The notes under the pieces: model-generated
Told to the model about the DNA's origin: nothing
Seen by the model: the letters and a program-made list of their open reading frames with translations, nothing else
The model's database searches: none
Origin: a virus
Lineage: Duplodnaviria; Caudoviricetes
Reading direction: 5' to 3' (one strand)
Virus record (IMG/VR): IMGVR_UViG_3300008255_000023
Location: 1 to 45,487 of that record
DNA length: 45,487 bases
Part shown: positions 27,456 through 36,736 of the stretch, piece after piece
How positions within the stretch are numbered: position 1 is the stretch's first letter
Layout: each line of letters starts with the position of its first letter
Translations under genes and position numbers: made by a program

Positions 27456-27767
27456 TTATTCCGTGGTCTTCTCGGCGTCAATAACCCGAGTCAGCGTAGC
27501 ATATCTACGCAATAAAAGAGGATAGGACCAGGATTCGATCTTCTCTAGATCTTGATGCGCGTATCTCGCGAGCTGTAGGCATTGAGCCTCAAGCCGTTGC
27601 ACGAACTCAAGATCCATCATGAAGGTTAAGAGCCGATGCCGAGCCCGTGTTCCTTCGAGTTCCTCGCGCGCTCTCGCCTGTTCGATTGCGCGCGAGACTT
27701 CGTCGAGTTCGTCGTCGTCCTCGCTTACGCTTTGCGTCGGCCCGTCTGGACCGTGCTCATAAAATCC
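27456..27767 (-). CDS. Frameshifted C-terminal extension of the tail assembly chaperone (gpGT-like)
   Basis: The -1 frame is open from G-GAT-TTT (27767-27761) through VSEDDDELDEV...MMDLEFVQRLE...AEKTTE* just before the TMP start. Confidence 0.7.
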   Translation of the reverse strand, partial: GFYEHGPDGPTQSVSEDDDELDEVSRAIEQARAREELEGTRARHRLLTFMMDLEFVQRLEAQCLQLARYAHQDLEKIESWSYPLLLRRYATLTRVIDAEKTTE

Positions 27768-28198
27768 TCGACGTCGGCCTCATCCGGCGTAGTGAACCGG
27801 TCGAACATCTCGATCACAAAGTGCATCTGCTTTGAAGTGAGATACTTGTCTAGACCCTTACCGCGCAAGTCGCCGAACGTGACCGACTGTGTCCCGATCT
27901 TTTTGACGCAAAGCCGGATCAAGTTTTCCTGTCCTTCCTTTAGCCCGATAAGGGGCTCGCGTCGGTCTTTCTTACGAACCGCTTCGAGAGCTTGTCGGGT
28001 TAGCTGAGTGTTCGGGTAAACGCCTTCAATATAGATCGGCTTCCCGCCTTCCATGATTGGAGGCATGTATCCGTGCCAGGCTGTCGCGTCGGGTTCGACC
28101 TCGCCGTCGGGAACTTCGTATGATGCGCCGTGAAGTTCTGGATCGTAGGTGTTTCGCTCGAAGTCGCTCTCGTCTTCGGATTTGTTGTCTTCGTTCAT
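27725..28198 (-). CDS. Tail assembly chaperone (gpG-like)
   Basis: Between tube and TMP, with a slippery heptamer near its 3' end. Confidence 0.7.
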   Translation of the reverse strand: MNEDNKSEDESDFERNTYDPELHGASYEVPDGEVEPDATAWHGYMPPIMEGGKPIYIEGVYPNTQLTRQALEAVRKKDRREPLIGLKEGQENLIRLCVKKIGTQSVTFGDLRGKGLDKYLTSKQMHFVIEMFDRFTTPDEADVEDFMSTVQTGRRKA

Positions 28199-28252
28199 GG
28201 TTTCGTCTCCTACAGTTCATGGAAGGCGCGCCGGAATTGGCGCGCCGTCGGG

Positions 28253-28681
28253 TTATACTAGCCGGCGCATCTTCGAAGTCCAACTAAGGGTTCGATCGAC
28301 TGCCGACGTTTTGTCGCTAACACTTTTCGAGATCTTGAACACGGCGCCCGGGTAGACGTAAGTGCGTTCCTGTCCCGTTTCTGGGTAATACTGAGTGTCG
28401 AGAATGTCGATCGTGTGGACCTTCTCGCCGTTAAGAAACCCGGTTACCTGTGCGTCGATAAGATCGTCGAGAACCGGCGACTCTTCCTCGAATCCGGCCG
28501 AGCCAGAAAAGCCGTGCAAGATCTGGCGCGGAATCTCTTCGCGCTCGCCTAGTCGGTTCTGCCGTTCCTCGGTCGAATCCATATCGGCCGAGAAGGTTGT
28601 CGGGTTAAGGATCGAGATCAATTCGCCGTCGACGTTAAAGATCTGAATCTGTGTATCTTGTCCGCGCGAAATTTCGCCCAT
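28253..28681 (-). CDS. Tail tube protein
   Basis: 142-aa beta-rich protein right after the sheath. Confidence 0.7.
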   Translation of the reverse strand: MGEISRGQDTQIQIFNVDGELISILNPTTFSADMDSTEERQNRLGEREEIPRQILHGFSGSAGFEEESPVLDDLIDAQVTGFLNGEKVHTIDILDTQYYPETGQERTYVYPGAVFKISKSVSDKTSAVDRTLSWTSKMRRLV

Positions 28682-28717
28682 GATAAACCTACCTTTCTAA
28701 AGCCCGCGGGCGTTTGA

Positions 28718-30145
28718 TTAAGCGACTTCGGTAATAACGACGTTCTCGCCGACCTTGGTTTTGTTGATGATAAATCGAAGCTCGCCGAACAGTTTTACCT
28801 GAGTCTCGAAAACAACCGAGTCGCCCGTTCGAGAGACTTCGACCGTCGAGTATTGTTCGACTTGCTGGTTCTCTAAGAGGGTCGCGAGCTTCTTGTCCAT
28901 TGCGCTTTTAGCGGCGCGTCGGTTCTCGGGAGTCGGTTTCGCGTTCGCGAAGTTCTCAAGCGCCGTTCCGGTCTCAAGGTTAACGAGATCGTGCATACGT
29001 CGACGAACCGAACTCGTCGCGCCGTCGGTCGTGTCGCTCGTAATATCCATGTGGAACTTATAGCCGCCGCCCGTGAGTTTTTCGAGCATGATAGCGCCGA
29101 CGCCGTCGGCCGAGATCCATTCGGCGCGTTCCAAAAGAACGCCGGCCGGAACGCCCGTAATCTGCGACAAGTAGGTCGACCACTTCTTTTGTGCGATCGA
29201 CTCAGAAGGATCGATCGAAGACCAGATCGCCGCATAGAATGCCGTCAGGTCGACGGTGTAGGTTACGCCGTTGATCGACTGTGTAACGCGGTGGTTAAAG
29301 AGCCGGAGTCGCTCGTCGGCGACGCCGTCGGCCGCGGTGTTATTCGTAGTGAGCACGTCAGAGATCGACGCTTGCGCGCCAGCATTGCAAAGTTTAACCG
29401 CAACGTGCGCTTGAAGCGCCGTAACGATCGCCGCGCTTGTATACTCGGCGACGAACACGAACCCGCCGTCCTCCATCTGTCGAAGGACGTACAGGCCAGA
29501 AGCGACCGACGCCGAACCGGTGTAATCGAGATCGGCTAGCGTTCCGTCGCTACCCGTTGCCAGGCTTCCCGAGACCGTCTCGGGAACGTCGCCGCCGCCC
29601 ACGTTAAGAGCAAGATCAACGAACGCCGAAGCGGCCGTTACAGCGGCGAGCCCGGGCGCGTCGAGAGTGACGGCGAGATATTCTTCGACCGTATTGCCGA
29701 ACGTAATCAGAAGATCGAACACGCTCGCGCTAACCTTGGTCAGTGTGTAGGTGATCGAGTTCCCGGCGACGCCGGAATATTTCGCCGTGATATCGAGCGC
29801 GGCGTAGGGTCCGGCGGCATCCGAAAGTGTAACGGTCGCTTTAACGGCGTCGGCCGCTTCGACTCGAACGATACGCAAAGGACCGCCGAATCTCTTCTCG
29901 GCGATCGCACGATATCCGCCGAACTCTTCCGGCGACGCGTAACCGCCGACAAGAGTCTCGATCAATGCGGCGCCCGAATTGAATTCGAGAAGCGTATCGG
30001 TCGGCCCCCAAGGGAACGCGCCGACGATACCGGTAAGCGCGGCGCCCGACGAAAGTCGGCCCGAACTGGGTTGCGCCTGCTCGGCGATAATAATCGAGTC
30101 TGTAAGCTTAAACTCGCTCGGGTTGGTCGTGTTATAGATCGCCAT
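28718..30145 (-). CDS. Contractile tail sheath protein
   Basis: GIVGAFPWGP, LRIVRV, ITAKYSGVAGN and SVRRRMHD sheath motifs. Confidence 0.85.
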   Translation of the reverse strand: MAIYNTTNPSEFKLTDSIIIAEQAQPSSGRLSSGAALTGIVGAFPWGPTDTLLEFNSGAALIETLVGGYASPEEFGGYRAIAEKRFGGPLRIVRVEAADAVKATVTLSDAAGPYAALDITAKYSGVAGNSITYTLTKVSASVFDLLITFGNTVEEYLAVTLDAPGLAAVTAASAFVDLALNVGGGDVPETVSGSLATGSDGTLADLDYTGSASVASGLYVLRQMEDGGFVFVAEYTSAAIVTALQAHVAVKLCNAGAQASISDVLTTNNTAADGVADERLRLFNHRVTQSINGVTYTVDLTAFYAAIWSSIDPSESIAQKKWSTYLSQITGVPAGVLLERAEWISADGVGAIMLEKLTGGGYKFHMDITSDTTDGATSSVRRRMHDLVNLETGTALENFANAKPTPENRRAAKSAMDKKLATLLENQQVEQYSTVEVSRTGDSVVFETQVKLFGELRFIINKTKVGENVVITEVA

Positions 30146-30154
30146 TTTCTAACC

Positions 30155-30733
30155 TCAAATTTCGACGGTATTGCTAACCGTGTTGGTATTCGTGAACGTC
30201 GCCGGGTTGTGCTCCATTCTTACGACGTTCGGGACCGACGCCGAGAAAGAATAAAGCAATCTAAAATAACCGTCACGCGCGCCGCCTGCATCCTGTGTAT
30301 TCTTGTCCACGATAAGCGCTCGAACCTTCACGTCGTACAGCGCGGAAAGAATCAGAACAAGGCCGACCGAGCCCGGCGAGCCGTTGCCATAGTTCGAGGG
30401 TTGACCACCTTCGAACAGTGTGTCGAGCGCGAGTTCGAGCGGTTCGCGCTCGGTCTTCGACCCGCTCCAAAGTTCGATCGTGCCGACCATCTCGCGGCGT
30501 GAAGTCTCGTAAAGCGTTTCGATCTTCCCGGTGCCTAGAACGGTCTCGCGGATCTCGATCTTTCGACGCTTCGCGATCGTACCGGCCGACGCTGAGACCG
30601 AGATCGAGGGTAGGGAAAAGTCTTCAACCTCGGGAAACCCGCGGAATACTTTTACTGTCGAGAGCGCGGCGACGGCCTCGATCGACTTCGCGATCTCGTG
30701 AACAAGCGCGTCTCTAGGTGTTGATACTGTCAC
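30155..30733 (-). CDS. Tail terminator/completion protein
   Basis: Synteny before the sheath; FSLPSISV motif. Confidence 0.55.
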   Translation of the reverse strand: MTVSTPRDALVHEIAKSIEAVAALSTVKVFRGFPEVEDFSLPSISVSASAGTIAKRRKIEIRETVLGTGKIETLYETSRREMVGTIELWSGSKTEREPLELALDTLFEGGQPSNYGNGSPGSVGLVLILSALYDVKVRALIVDKNTQDAGGARDGYFRLLYSFSASVPNVVRMEHNPATFTNTNTVSNTVEI

Positions 30734-31224
30734 CAGTCCCCCAGCGCTTTTTCAACTTGTTTTTTTGTTATCTCGGCGAGTTTCGGCAAGCTGTCGCGCA
30801 CCATGTAGTGCGGTCTCGTGCCTTCTGCTTCGATCTTCCGGACGATAGCTTTAGCGATTCCGAATAGGTGCGGTTCGACTTCCGAGAATTCGACGAACGA
30901 CTTCTTACCCGTGTTCTTACCCGTGCCGAACTTGCGAACCACCCATTCGAGGATCGGTCGAAGCGGTGGGCGATGCGGGCGCGAACCGAGTTCGAGAATT
31001 CCCGCGTGGGGCGCATCGTTATAGAGTTCTGCGCCGGTCGCCGTAGGTGTAACCGCCCAAGCGTTCCGCGCTTGCCCTCGGTCGACTGGCGTCTTCTGAG
31101 CGACGATCGTCTCGCCAATTAGAGCGGCCTTGTACAACGCCCGAACGACGCGAGCCCGGCGATCTTGATCGTCGAGCTTGAGTCGGGCGCCGTAGTTTGT
31201 GATCGAAACGGTTTGAGTGCTCAA
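30730..31224 (-). CDS. HK97 gp10-like tail completion protein
   Basis: TPVDRGQARNAW, APHAGILELGSRPH, GTRPHYMVR. Confidence 0.75.
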   Translation of the reverse strand: MSTQTVSITNYGARLKLDDQDRRARVVRALYKAALIGETIVAQKTPVDRGQARNAWAVTPTATGAELYNDAPHAGILELGSRPHRPPLRPILEWVVRKFGTGKNTGKKSFVEFSEVEPHLFGIAKAIVRKIEAEGTRPHYMVRDSLPKLAEITKKQVEKALGDW

Positions 31225-31613
31225 TCGGTTTGCCTTCGAATCCGGTAGTTATAGCTTACAGCTTGCCCGTTTAATCTCGGGACGTCGATCGCCACGACTA
31301 GCCACGGGTCGCCGGTCGCGATGCGAACCACGCGGTCGCCCTCGGCGAGTACGTCTTCGAGCGACATTAGTATCAGCTCGCCCTGTATCTGTCCGCCGAC
31401 CTCGCGCTCGTTTCGAACTTCGTCGTCGAGCTTTCCGCGGCCGGTTGTTTCGATCAGGTATAGATCGAGAGTCTCGGTCGACGTAACCACGAGTTCGCCA
31501 AGATGGTTCCGCGTACCAGTCGACCGCTCCCGTCGAAAATTCGCAACGTCGGGAACGAATTCGCCGAGAGCATCAGCGCGAACCATTGCGAGCATAGCGT
31601 CGGCGATATTCAT
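31221..31613 (-). CDS. Head closure / head-tail joining protein
   Basis: Synteny; GDRVV...WLVVAI beta motif. Confidence 0.5.
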   Translation of the reverse strand: MNIADAMLAMVRADALGEFVPDVANFRRERSTGTRNHLGELVVTSTETLDLYLIETTGRGKLDDEVRNEREVGGQIQGELILMSLEDVLAEGDRVVRIATGDPWLVVAIDVPRLNGQAVSYNYRIRRQTD

Positions 31614-31894
31614 TCAAGCACCTGTCTTGGCCCTTGGAGCGCGGAGCGCCTTACGCCGGTCTCGGCCTCTCGCTCGTACCTAATCGCTTCGTCTCGGCGC
31701 GCCGACCATACCTCGCGCTCTTTCCGAAGGTCCGTTAACCGGCCCACGTAATGCGCATTCCCGACGCCAGGCACGCCGACACCTACAGGCTTCGATGATA
31801 GCTCGGCGATAAGTGTATCGACTCGCAAGATCTCGACCCTGCATTCGGCAAGGGTGTAGAGCGGGGCGTCGATCTCGGAATATGAAGCGGCCAT
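31610..31894 (-). CDS. Head-tail adaptor (lambda gpW-like fold possible)
   Basis: Helix, beta hairpin, helix pattern; synteny. Confidence 0.45.
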   Translation of the reverse strand: MAASYSEIDAPLYTLAECRVEILRVDTLIAELSSKPVGVGVPGVGNAHYVGRLTDLRKEREVWSARRDEAIRYEREAETGVRRSALQGPRQVLE

Positions 31895-31905
31895 TTGTTC
31901 ACCTT

Positions 31906-31952
31906 AAAAAAGTCCCGGCGAGCACGGGGAGACGGTCCGAGCTAACCGGGAC
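31906..31952 (-). terminator. Intrinsic terminator after the capsid genes
   Basis: GTCCCGG...CCGGGAC stem followed by T6 on the minus strand. Confidence 0.6.
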
Positions 31953-31963
31953 CATGTAGAACG

Positions 31964-32479
31964 TTACCGCCCTACAGCTTTGCGGGTTCGGGTTCCACGT
32001 GCCTGAAGCTTGCGGACGCCCTCTTCCGATAACTTCGCGTGAACATGAGAGTCGACCAGCTCGGCGGTGGGCTCGATTACGATCTCGCCGTACTGGTAGG
32101 AGCCGCCGAGCTTGTGCTCGCGAATCTGAATTGCGTAAGGCAGAACCCGCGGCGTCTCTTCTGGTTCCACGTATGGGGCGATCGGCGCGGGCGCCGTAAC
32201 CTTTACGGGTTCGGCCGCTTCGTCGGGTAGCTTTGCGAGTTCGCTGTCGCCGGGTTGATCGAGCGTCGCCGCTTCGTCGGGGTTAAGTTCGGCCGCGCCG
32301 ATACCATAAGCCGATAGGGTCGATGCCCGATCGCCCTCGTCGACCTTGGCGAGCGCATCCTCGACCAGCGCGAGAAGGTCTTTCTTCTTGTTGGCTTTGA
32401 GTTCGGTCTCGGTCAGCGCCTCAAGGTCGAACGCGAGTTCCCGAAGCTCTTTCATTTCCAGATCGTTAAGTGTTTTCAT
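31964..32479 (-). CDS. Hypothetical protein downstream of the capsid gene (N-terminal Rho-N/HeH-like helices)
   Basis: LNDLEMKELRELA...KKKDLLALV. Confidence 0.55.
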   Translation of the reverse strand: MKTLNDLEMKELRELAFDLEALTETELKANKKKDLLALVEDALAKVDEGDRASTLSAYGIGAAELNPDEAATLDQPGDSELAKLPDEAAEPVKVTAPAPIAPYVEPEETPRVLPYAIQIREHKLGGSYQYGEIVIEPTAELVDSHVHAKLSEEGVRKLQARGTRTRKAVGR

Positions 32480-32573
32480 TCTCTCGCCTCTCGTTTGTTG
32501 CGTGCATTGCGCCGGACTAGAGCGGAAGCTCTAAGCCAGCGCGACGCACGCGACCGAAGTCGCGCGCGAACCA

Positions 32574-33611
32574 TTACGCCTCGGTTACTGTGTTCCAATG
32601 GAACACGACGTTCCGTTTCGCGATACCGGGAATCCAGTTGTCGTACATGCGATGCCCGATTTCGAACGGGTCGTTCGAGACTTCAAACGTGTCGTAATAC
32701 GCCCGGGTCGGGTTGTTCGCGTTCAACGCGTTCGAAGCGCGGTGGACCTTGAAGGGTTTACCGGCGACTTGTGAGTTCGGATCGAGAACGTTCGAGACCG
32801 TTACGATCATTCGATTGTCGGAGATCGGTGCCTGAAGCGCGCCGGCGAGATCTGGGTATTCCTCGTGAAGAATCACCCAGGTGATACCGTTCCACGTGAA
32901 CGACTCGAACATCGAGTTCGAGCTATCCGGATCGCTCGATTGTTGGGCGACGAACGCGGCGTTGACCTCTGGAATCCCGATGAATCGGCCGCCAGTCAAG
33001 GCGTTCATGAACACCAGGTTGGGAGCTTGGCCGGACTGGCGTAGATACTCGTTTTTCATCGCGAGAATATACGGGAAGATCGTCGCCGACGAGTTGTTAA
33101 GCGGGAGGGTTGGAGATGTCAGGTTCCCGATGTCTTCCGTGAACGGAACAGTGATCAAGAAGTCGCCGTCCTGATACGTGAATTGCTTATCGTTGATCAT
33201 CGACAAAACCGACCAGTGCATGAGGTTCATGCGCCGATCTTCCTGCATCTCGGTGGACATGCGAACGCCGTCGGCCGAGATCGCGTAGGAGTTGCCCGAA
33301 CGCTGGACCATCTTCGAGTCGGTCGCCTTGAAGCCTTCGTAGTTCTTGACGTGAAACGGCGAGCGATACGCCTTCTCGGTCTTTCGGCCTTCCGTTTTGA
33401 TCGAGCTGTCGGCGAACCCGACAATGTTCGCGAACCGGTCGACGGGTTGAATCAGAATATCGAGTTCGATCTTCTCGCTATCGTGCGAGACCGGATCGAC
33501 GAAGTTGAGGATCGCGCGCGGGCGATACTCAAGTTCGTCGGTCATGCCGTTAAGCAGCTCCGGTGTGAGTTCCTCGGGTGTATAAAATTCTTTGATTTTT
33601 TGACGTGCCAT
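32574..33611 (-). CDS. Major capsid protein (HK97 fold, lambda gpE-like)
   Basis: 345 aa following the scaffold and decoration genes; PNLVFMN motif; followed by stable hairpins. Confidence 0.7.
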   Translation of the reverse strand: MARQKIKEFYTPEELTPELLNGMTDELEYRPRAILNFVDPVSHDSEKIELDILIQPVDRFANIVGFADSSIKTEGRKTEKAYRSPFHVKNYEGFKATDSKMVQRSGNSYAISADGVRMSTEMQEDRRMNLMHWSVLSMINDKQFTYQDGDFLITVPFTEDIGNLTSPTLPLNNSSATIFPYILAMKNEYLRQSGQAPNLVFMNALTGGRFIGIPEVNAAFVAQQSSDPDSSNSMFESFTWNGITWVILHEEYPDLAGALQAPISDNRMIVTVSNVLDPNSQVAGKPFKVHRASNALNANNPTRAYYDTFEVSNDPFEIGHRMYDNWIPGIAKRNVVFHWNTVTEA

Positions 33612-33659
33612 TTGTGATCCTATCTGGTTTCGGCCGCTTGGCCTTAGTGTTGCCGCCGA

Positions 33660-34472
33660 TTAGGCGATCGTGCGTTGGTCGAAAATGATTCGACCGGCGA
33701 GCGCCGTCTTGATTGCGTCGGTAAGGCCGACAACCAAGATCTCTTTGACTCGCCCGATCGGGCGAGTCGGAATCAGGACGTTCTGCGGAATCAGTTCGAA
33801 GTGATCGATCGTCACGGTCTTATTCGTGATCTTATACTGAGCGTCAGAGTTCGACACGATCTGAGAGTTGTCCGCGATTGTGACAACGGCCGAGAGTGTG
33901 AGGGTATCAGTCGCGATCGCCGTAATCGTTCGCGAGGTATCGCCCACGAATTCAAGAGTGTCGCCAACTTCGAATTTCGAGCCCTCGCCAGCATCAAGAA
34001 CAAGGGTCGCCGATGCGGTAAGCCCGCCAGCCGCCTGAGACCGCGAGCGGCCCGAGTCGACGTTAAGCGCGTCACCAGTGGTGAGCGAGAACGCGGCTCC
34101 GTCGAGGGTAAGTTCATTCGTTGCGTAGTCGATTGCGGTAACTTTGCGAAAGCGCGAAGCGTCGGCGCTTAGCGTTTCGAGTTCGACGTATTGCCCGATC
34201 TCGAATTGCAGCACGTCGGCGACCGGCACCATGTTTGCCGAGGTTACGGTCGATTGCACGGTATCGCTCGCGCATGGGTAGTGGAGCCCGAGATCGTTTC
34301 GCTTCGCGAGAACTGTACCTTCGACGATCTGGCGGTAGGCGGTCGAACCGCCATCGGCGGGCGAGGTGCCGACCGACACCGATGCGATCTCGTTACTTCC
34401 GTTTGCTGTAAGCCAAACGGCGCCGCGCTGTTCACGGGTGCCGACGTATTGGTTCTGAACGGTGTTATTCAT
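33660..34472 (-). CDS. Head decoration protein with two inserted repeat domains
   Basis: IVEGTVLAK...HYP N-terminus, ALAGRIIF C-terminus, internal repeats FEIGQYVEL..RKVTAID..LTL and FEVGDTLEF..RTITAI..LTL. Confidence 0.55.
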   Translation of the reverse strand: MNNTVQNQYVGTREQRGAVWLTANGSNEIASVSVGTSPADGGSTAYRQIVEGTVLAKRNDLGLHYPCASDTVQSTVTSANMVPVADVLQFEIGQYVELETLSADASRFRKVTAIDYATNELTLDGAAFSLTTGDALNVDSGRSRSQAAGGLTASATLVLDAGEGSKFEVGDTLEFVGDTSRTITAIATDTLTLSAVVTIADNSQIVSNSDAQYKITNKTVTIDHFELIPQNVLIPTRPIGRVKEILVVGLTDAIKTALAGRIIFDQRTIA

Positions 34473-34506
34473 CTTTTAAGCTCTCTTAGGGTTGAACACG
34501 TGAATG

Positions 34507-35190
34507 TTAGAGTCGAGTTTTCTTTTTCTTGCTACCGGCCGCAAGTGCCTTGCCGAGTTCGTAGTCGGATTCGAATTCATCCGGCGCACCTCCCAATCTG
34601 TCGCCAGGCTTCCCGGCGCCGCTGTTCGGGTTTGCGGTAGAGCCCGGCGCGCCGGCCCCGAAGAACTCGGGAAAATCTTTTTTAATCGTCTCGGCCGTTG
34701 CCGATGCGCCGACCATAGCGCCCGAGTCGTCGACGGTTATCGCCGACAAGTCTGCGACGCGAAGAACGGCCGCGATACGATCGGGGCGAACGCCGATAAG
34801 CGCCACGGCGTCGCGTAGCGCGCTCTCGCGAAGCATTCCGGTTAACCGTGCCTCGGCGTCGGCGCGCTTCTTAGACTCGACGCTGGCGAGTTCCTGAGCT
34901 CTTTCGAGTTCGGTCTTCTTGGCGTCGGCCGCTTCGTCGCGTTCACGTTCGAGTTTCTCGCGCGCTTTGCGTTCGCGTTCGAGGCTTAGTTCGAGCGCCT
35001 TTAGCTTGTCGGCCGCGCCAGTGTCGGGAACCACGACGGGCGGAATAGGATTAGTTTCGGCCGCTTGGCCCTTGGGTTGCGTCGCACTCGCGCCGCCGGC
35101 GCCGACGGCGTCGTCTTCGTCCTCGACCTTGAATTGGAACATGTGATCGATCTGGCGCTTCCAGTTCTTGTGCTTCTTATTCTTTCGCAT
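34507..35190 (-). CDS. Capsid scaffolding protein
   Basis: Coiled coil KKTELERAQE, IKKDFPEFF and a Gly-rich tail; SD GGAG. Confidence 0.75.
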   Translation of the reverse strand: MRKNKKHKNWKRQIDHMFQFKVEDEDDAVGAGGASATQPKGQAAETNPIPPVVVPDTGAADKLKALELSLERERKAREKLERERDEAADAKKTELERAQELASVESKKRADAEARLTGMLRESALRDAVALIGVRPDRIAAVLRVADLSAITVDDSGAMVGASATAETIKKDFPEFFGAGAPGSTANPNSGAGKPGDRLGGAPDEFESDYELGKALAAGSKKKKTRL

Positions 35191-35365
35191 TGGTTTTTGT
35201 CTCCACTGGTTGATCTTCCCGATCGTCGCCAAACGAATGACGCGAATCGATCTTCTTACTGACACTTTTAGTGTCGATGCTCAATAGCTCGGCCTCGATC
35301 TCGGTCTCAGGCCGAAGCGCGACGATCGTCTTTCCGTTGATCGTTTTGTATATTCTGGTTTTCAT
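35177..35365 (-). CDS. Small hypothetical protein
   Basis: ATGA-coupled to the upstream ORF; 62 aa. Confidence 0.5.
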   Translation of the reverse strand: MKTRIYKTINGKTIVALRPETEIEAELLSIDTKSVSKKIDSRHSFGDDREDQPVETKTNAKE

Positions 35366-35727
35366 CTTTCACCCTCGACCGCTTTAAGCGCGGCCGCCTT
35401 CTCTTCTTTGCGTCGAGCTGCTCTCGCGATTGACGCTTCGAACTCGGCCTCGGCGTCGGCGATCGCCCGCTTCCGTTTAATGTCTTCGATCGAGTCGCCC
35501 TTATCAACGATCGGCCCTTTCGAGATCTGTTCGTTGAGAGTTTTCTCGCGCGCATCAGAAACGAACCCTCGCCCCTCGCCGTCGATCTTAAACCCGATCT
35601 CTTCTTTTCGTTCTTCGATCCTCTTCTTCTCTTCGATCGCCCGGCGTCTAGCCGCCTCTTCTTGAACCGCCGCGTCGAAGTCTGCGTCGTCATAACGGTT
35701 ATACCTACCGCGCCGGATTGCTTCCAT
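35362..35727 (-). CDS. Charged coiled-coil ORF, probably the +1-frame continuation of the MuF gene
   Basis: The frame is open upstream of its ATG with natural-looking codons (PSTPSTDAAKTAEVSKEDRFEKAVENR-M), and the ATG lacks a clear SD. Confidence 0.55.
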   Translation of the reverse strand: MEAIRRGRYNRYDDADFDAAVQEEAARRRAIEEKKRIEERKEEIGFKIDGEGRGFVSDAREKTLNEQISKGPIVDKGDSIEDIKRKRAIADAEAEFEASIARAARRKEEKAAALKAVEGER

Positions 35728-36736
35728 GCGGTTCTCGACGGCCTTCTCGAATCGATCTTCTTTCGATACCTCGGCGGTCTTCGCGGCGTCGGTCGAAGGT
35801 GTCGACGGGCGCGCGCGGCGCCTGAGTCGAAGCGGTTGTCGGCGCGACTGGGGCGCGGCCGGCGAGTTCGCGGTTCCGAGCCTTCTCGGCCTCGACCCGG
35901 GCGATGCCCTCTTCTACCGGCACGAGTTCGAGATCTTCGCCGTCGTCGATCCAAGGTATTTCTTTTTCGCGGTCGTTCGGCCGGCCGGGCGGGTGCATGA
36001 ATGTTCTTCCGTCGCCGTCGACGAAATTTTCTTCGAGATCTCGCACTTGTCCGTGCATCGGGTAGGAGTCGGAGCCGGTTCGAGAGTCGAAAGTTACGAT
36101 CGCCGATTTGCGGACTGGTATGTCGTAAATGTCCCGGGCGTTTTTGAGCCCTTCCAAGTGCGCGTTGTTATATGCTGTGAACAGCTCGGTTCGAAAGATT
36201 CGATCCGCCTTCCACCTTTCGGCACCGATCGCGCTTTGCAGTGTGTCGATAATAGGGTCGGCGAACGTCTTCGTCGCCGTCGCCGCCGAAAGCTCTTCGC
36301 GAACCCGTCGAGCGATATCCGGCCCCCAAGTCGCAAGCGAACTCGGTATTCGTTCGATCACCGTTTGCCTTGAGAGCTCGCCAAGTGACGCCAGGTTAAG
36401 CGGCCGCGATTCCGCGCCGAACCGGTTAAGCCACGACGAAAGCTCTCGCTCGGCGTGACTCGGCGCCATTAGGAGCCCTTCGCCGAGGATCTCTTCGAGC
36501 GCGGTCTCTAGATCGACGGTCGTTTCGAGCGCGGTTAAGCGCGCCAAGATCTCGACCTCGCTAGCTTGCAGCGCCTCGAAGTCGGAATACTGGCGGAACT
36601 GTTGATCGTTCTCGATTCGCGCGAGCGCCCGTTCGAGCGTTCGGCCGACCCGGACCCGGGCGTCGCGCTCAAGCCTGATTAATTGGGCGTGATGCGTTCG
36701 CGCGAGCGCGAGAATTTCGTCGGGAACTTTCGGCAT
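35705..36736 (-). CDS. Minor head protein (Mu gpF / SPP1 gp7 family)
   Basis: ADRIFRTE...AYN, DSRT...MHGQ, HPPGRPNDR. Confidence 0.8.
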   Translation of the reverse strand: MPKVPDEILALARTHHAQLIRLERDARVRVGRTLERALARIENDQQFRQYSDFEALQASEVEILARLTALETTVDLETALEEILGEGLLMAPSHAERELSSWLNRFGAESRPLNLASLGELSRQTVIERIPSSLATWGPDIARRVREELSAATATKTFADPIIDTLQSAIGAERWKADRIFRTELFTAYNNAHLEGLKNARDIYDIPVRKSAIVTFDSRTGSDSYPMHGQVRDLEENFVDGDGRTFMHPPGRPNDREKEIPWIDDGEDLELVPVEEGIARVEAEKARNRELAGRAPVAPTTASTQAPRAPVDTFDRRREDRRGIERRSIREGRREPHGSNPAR

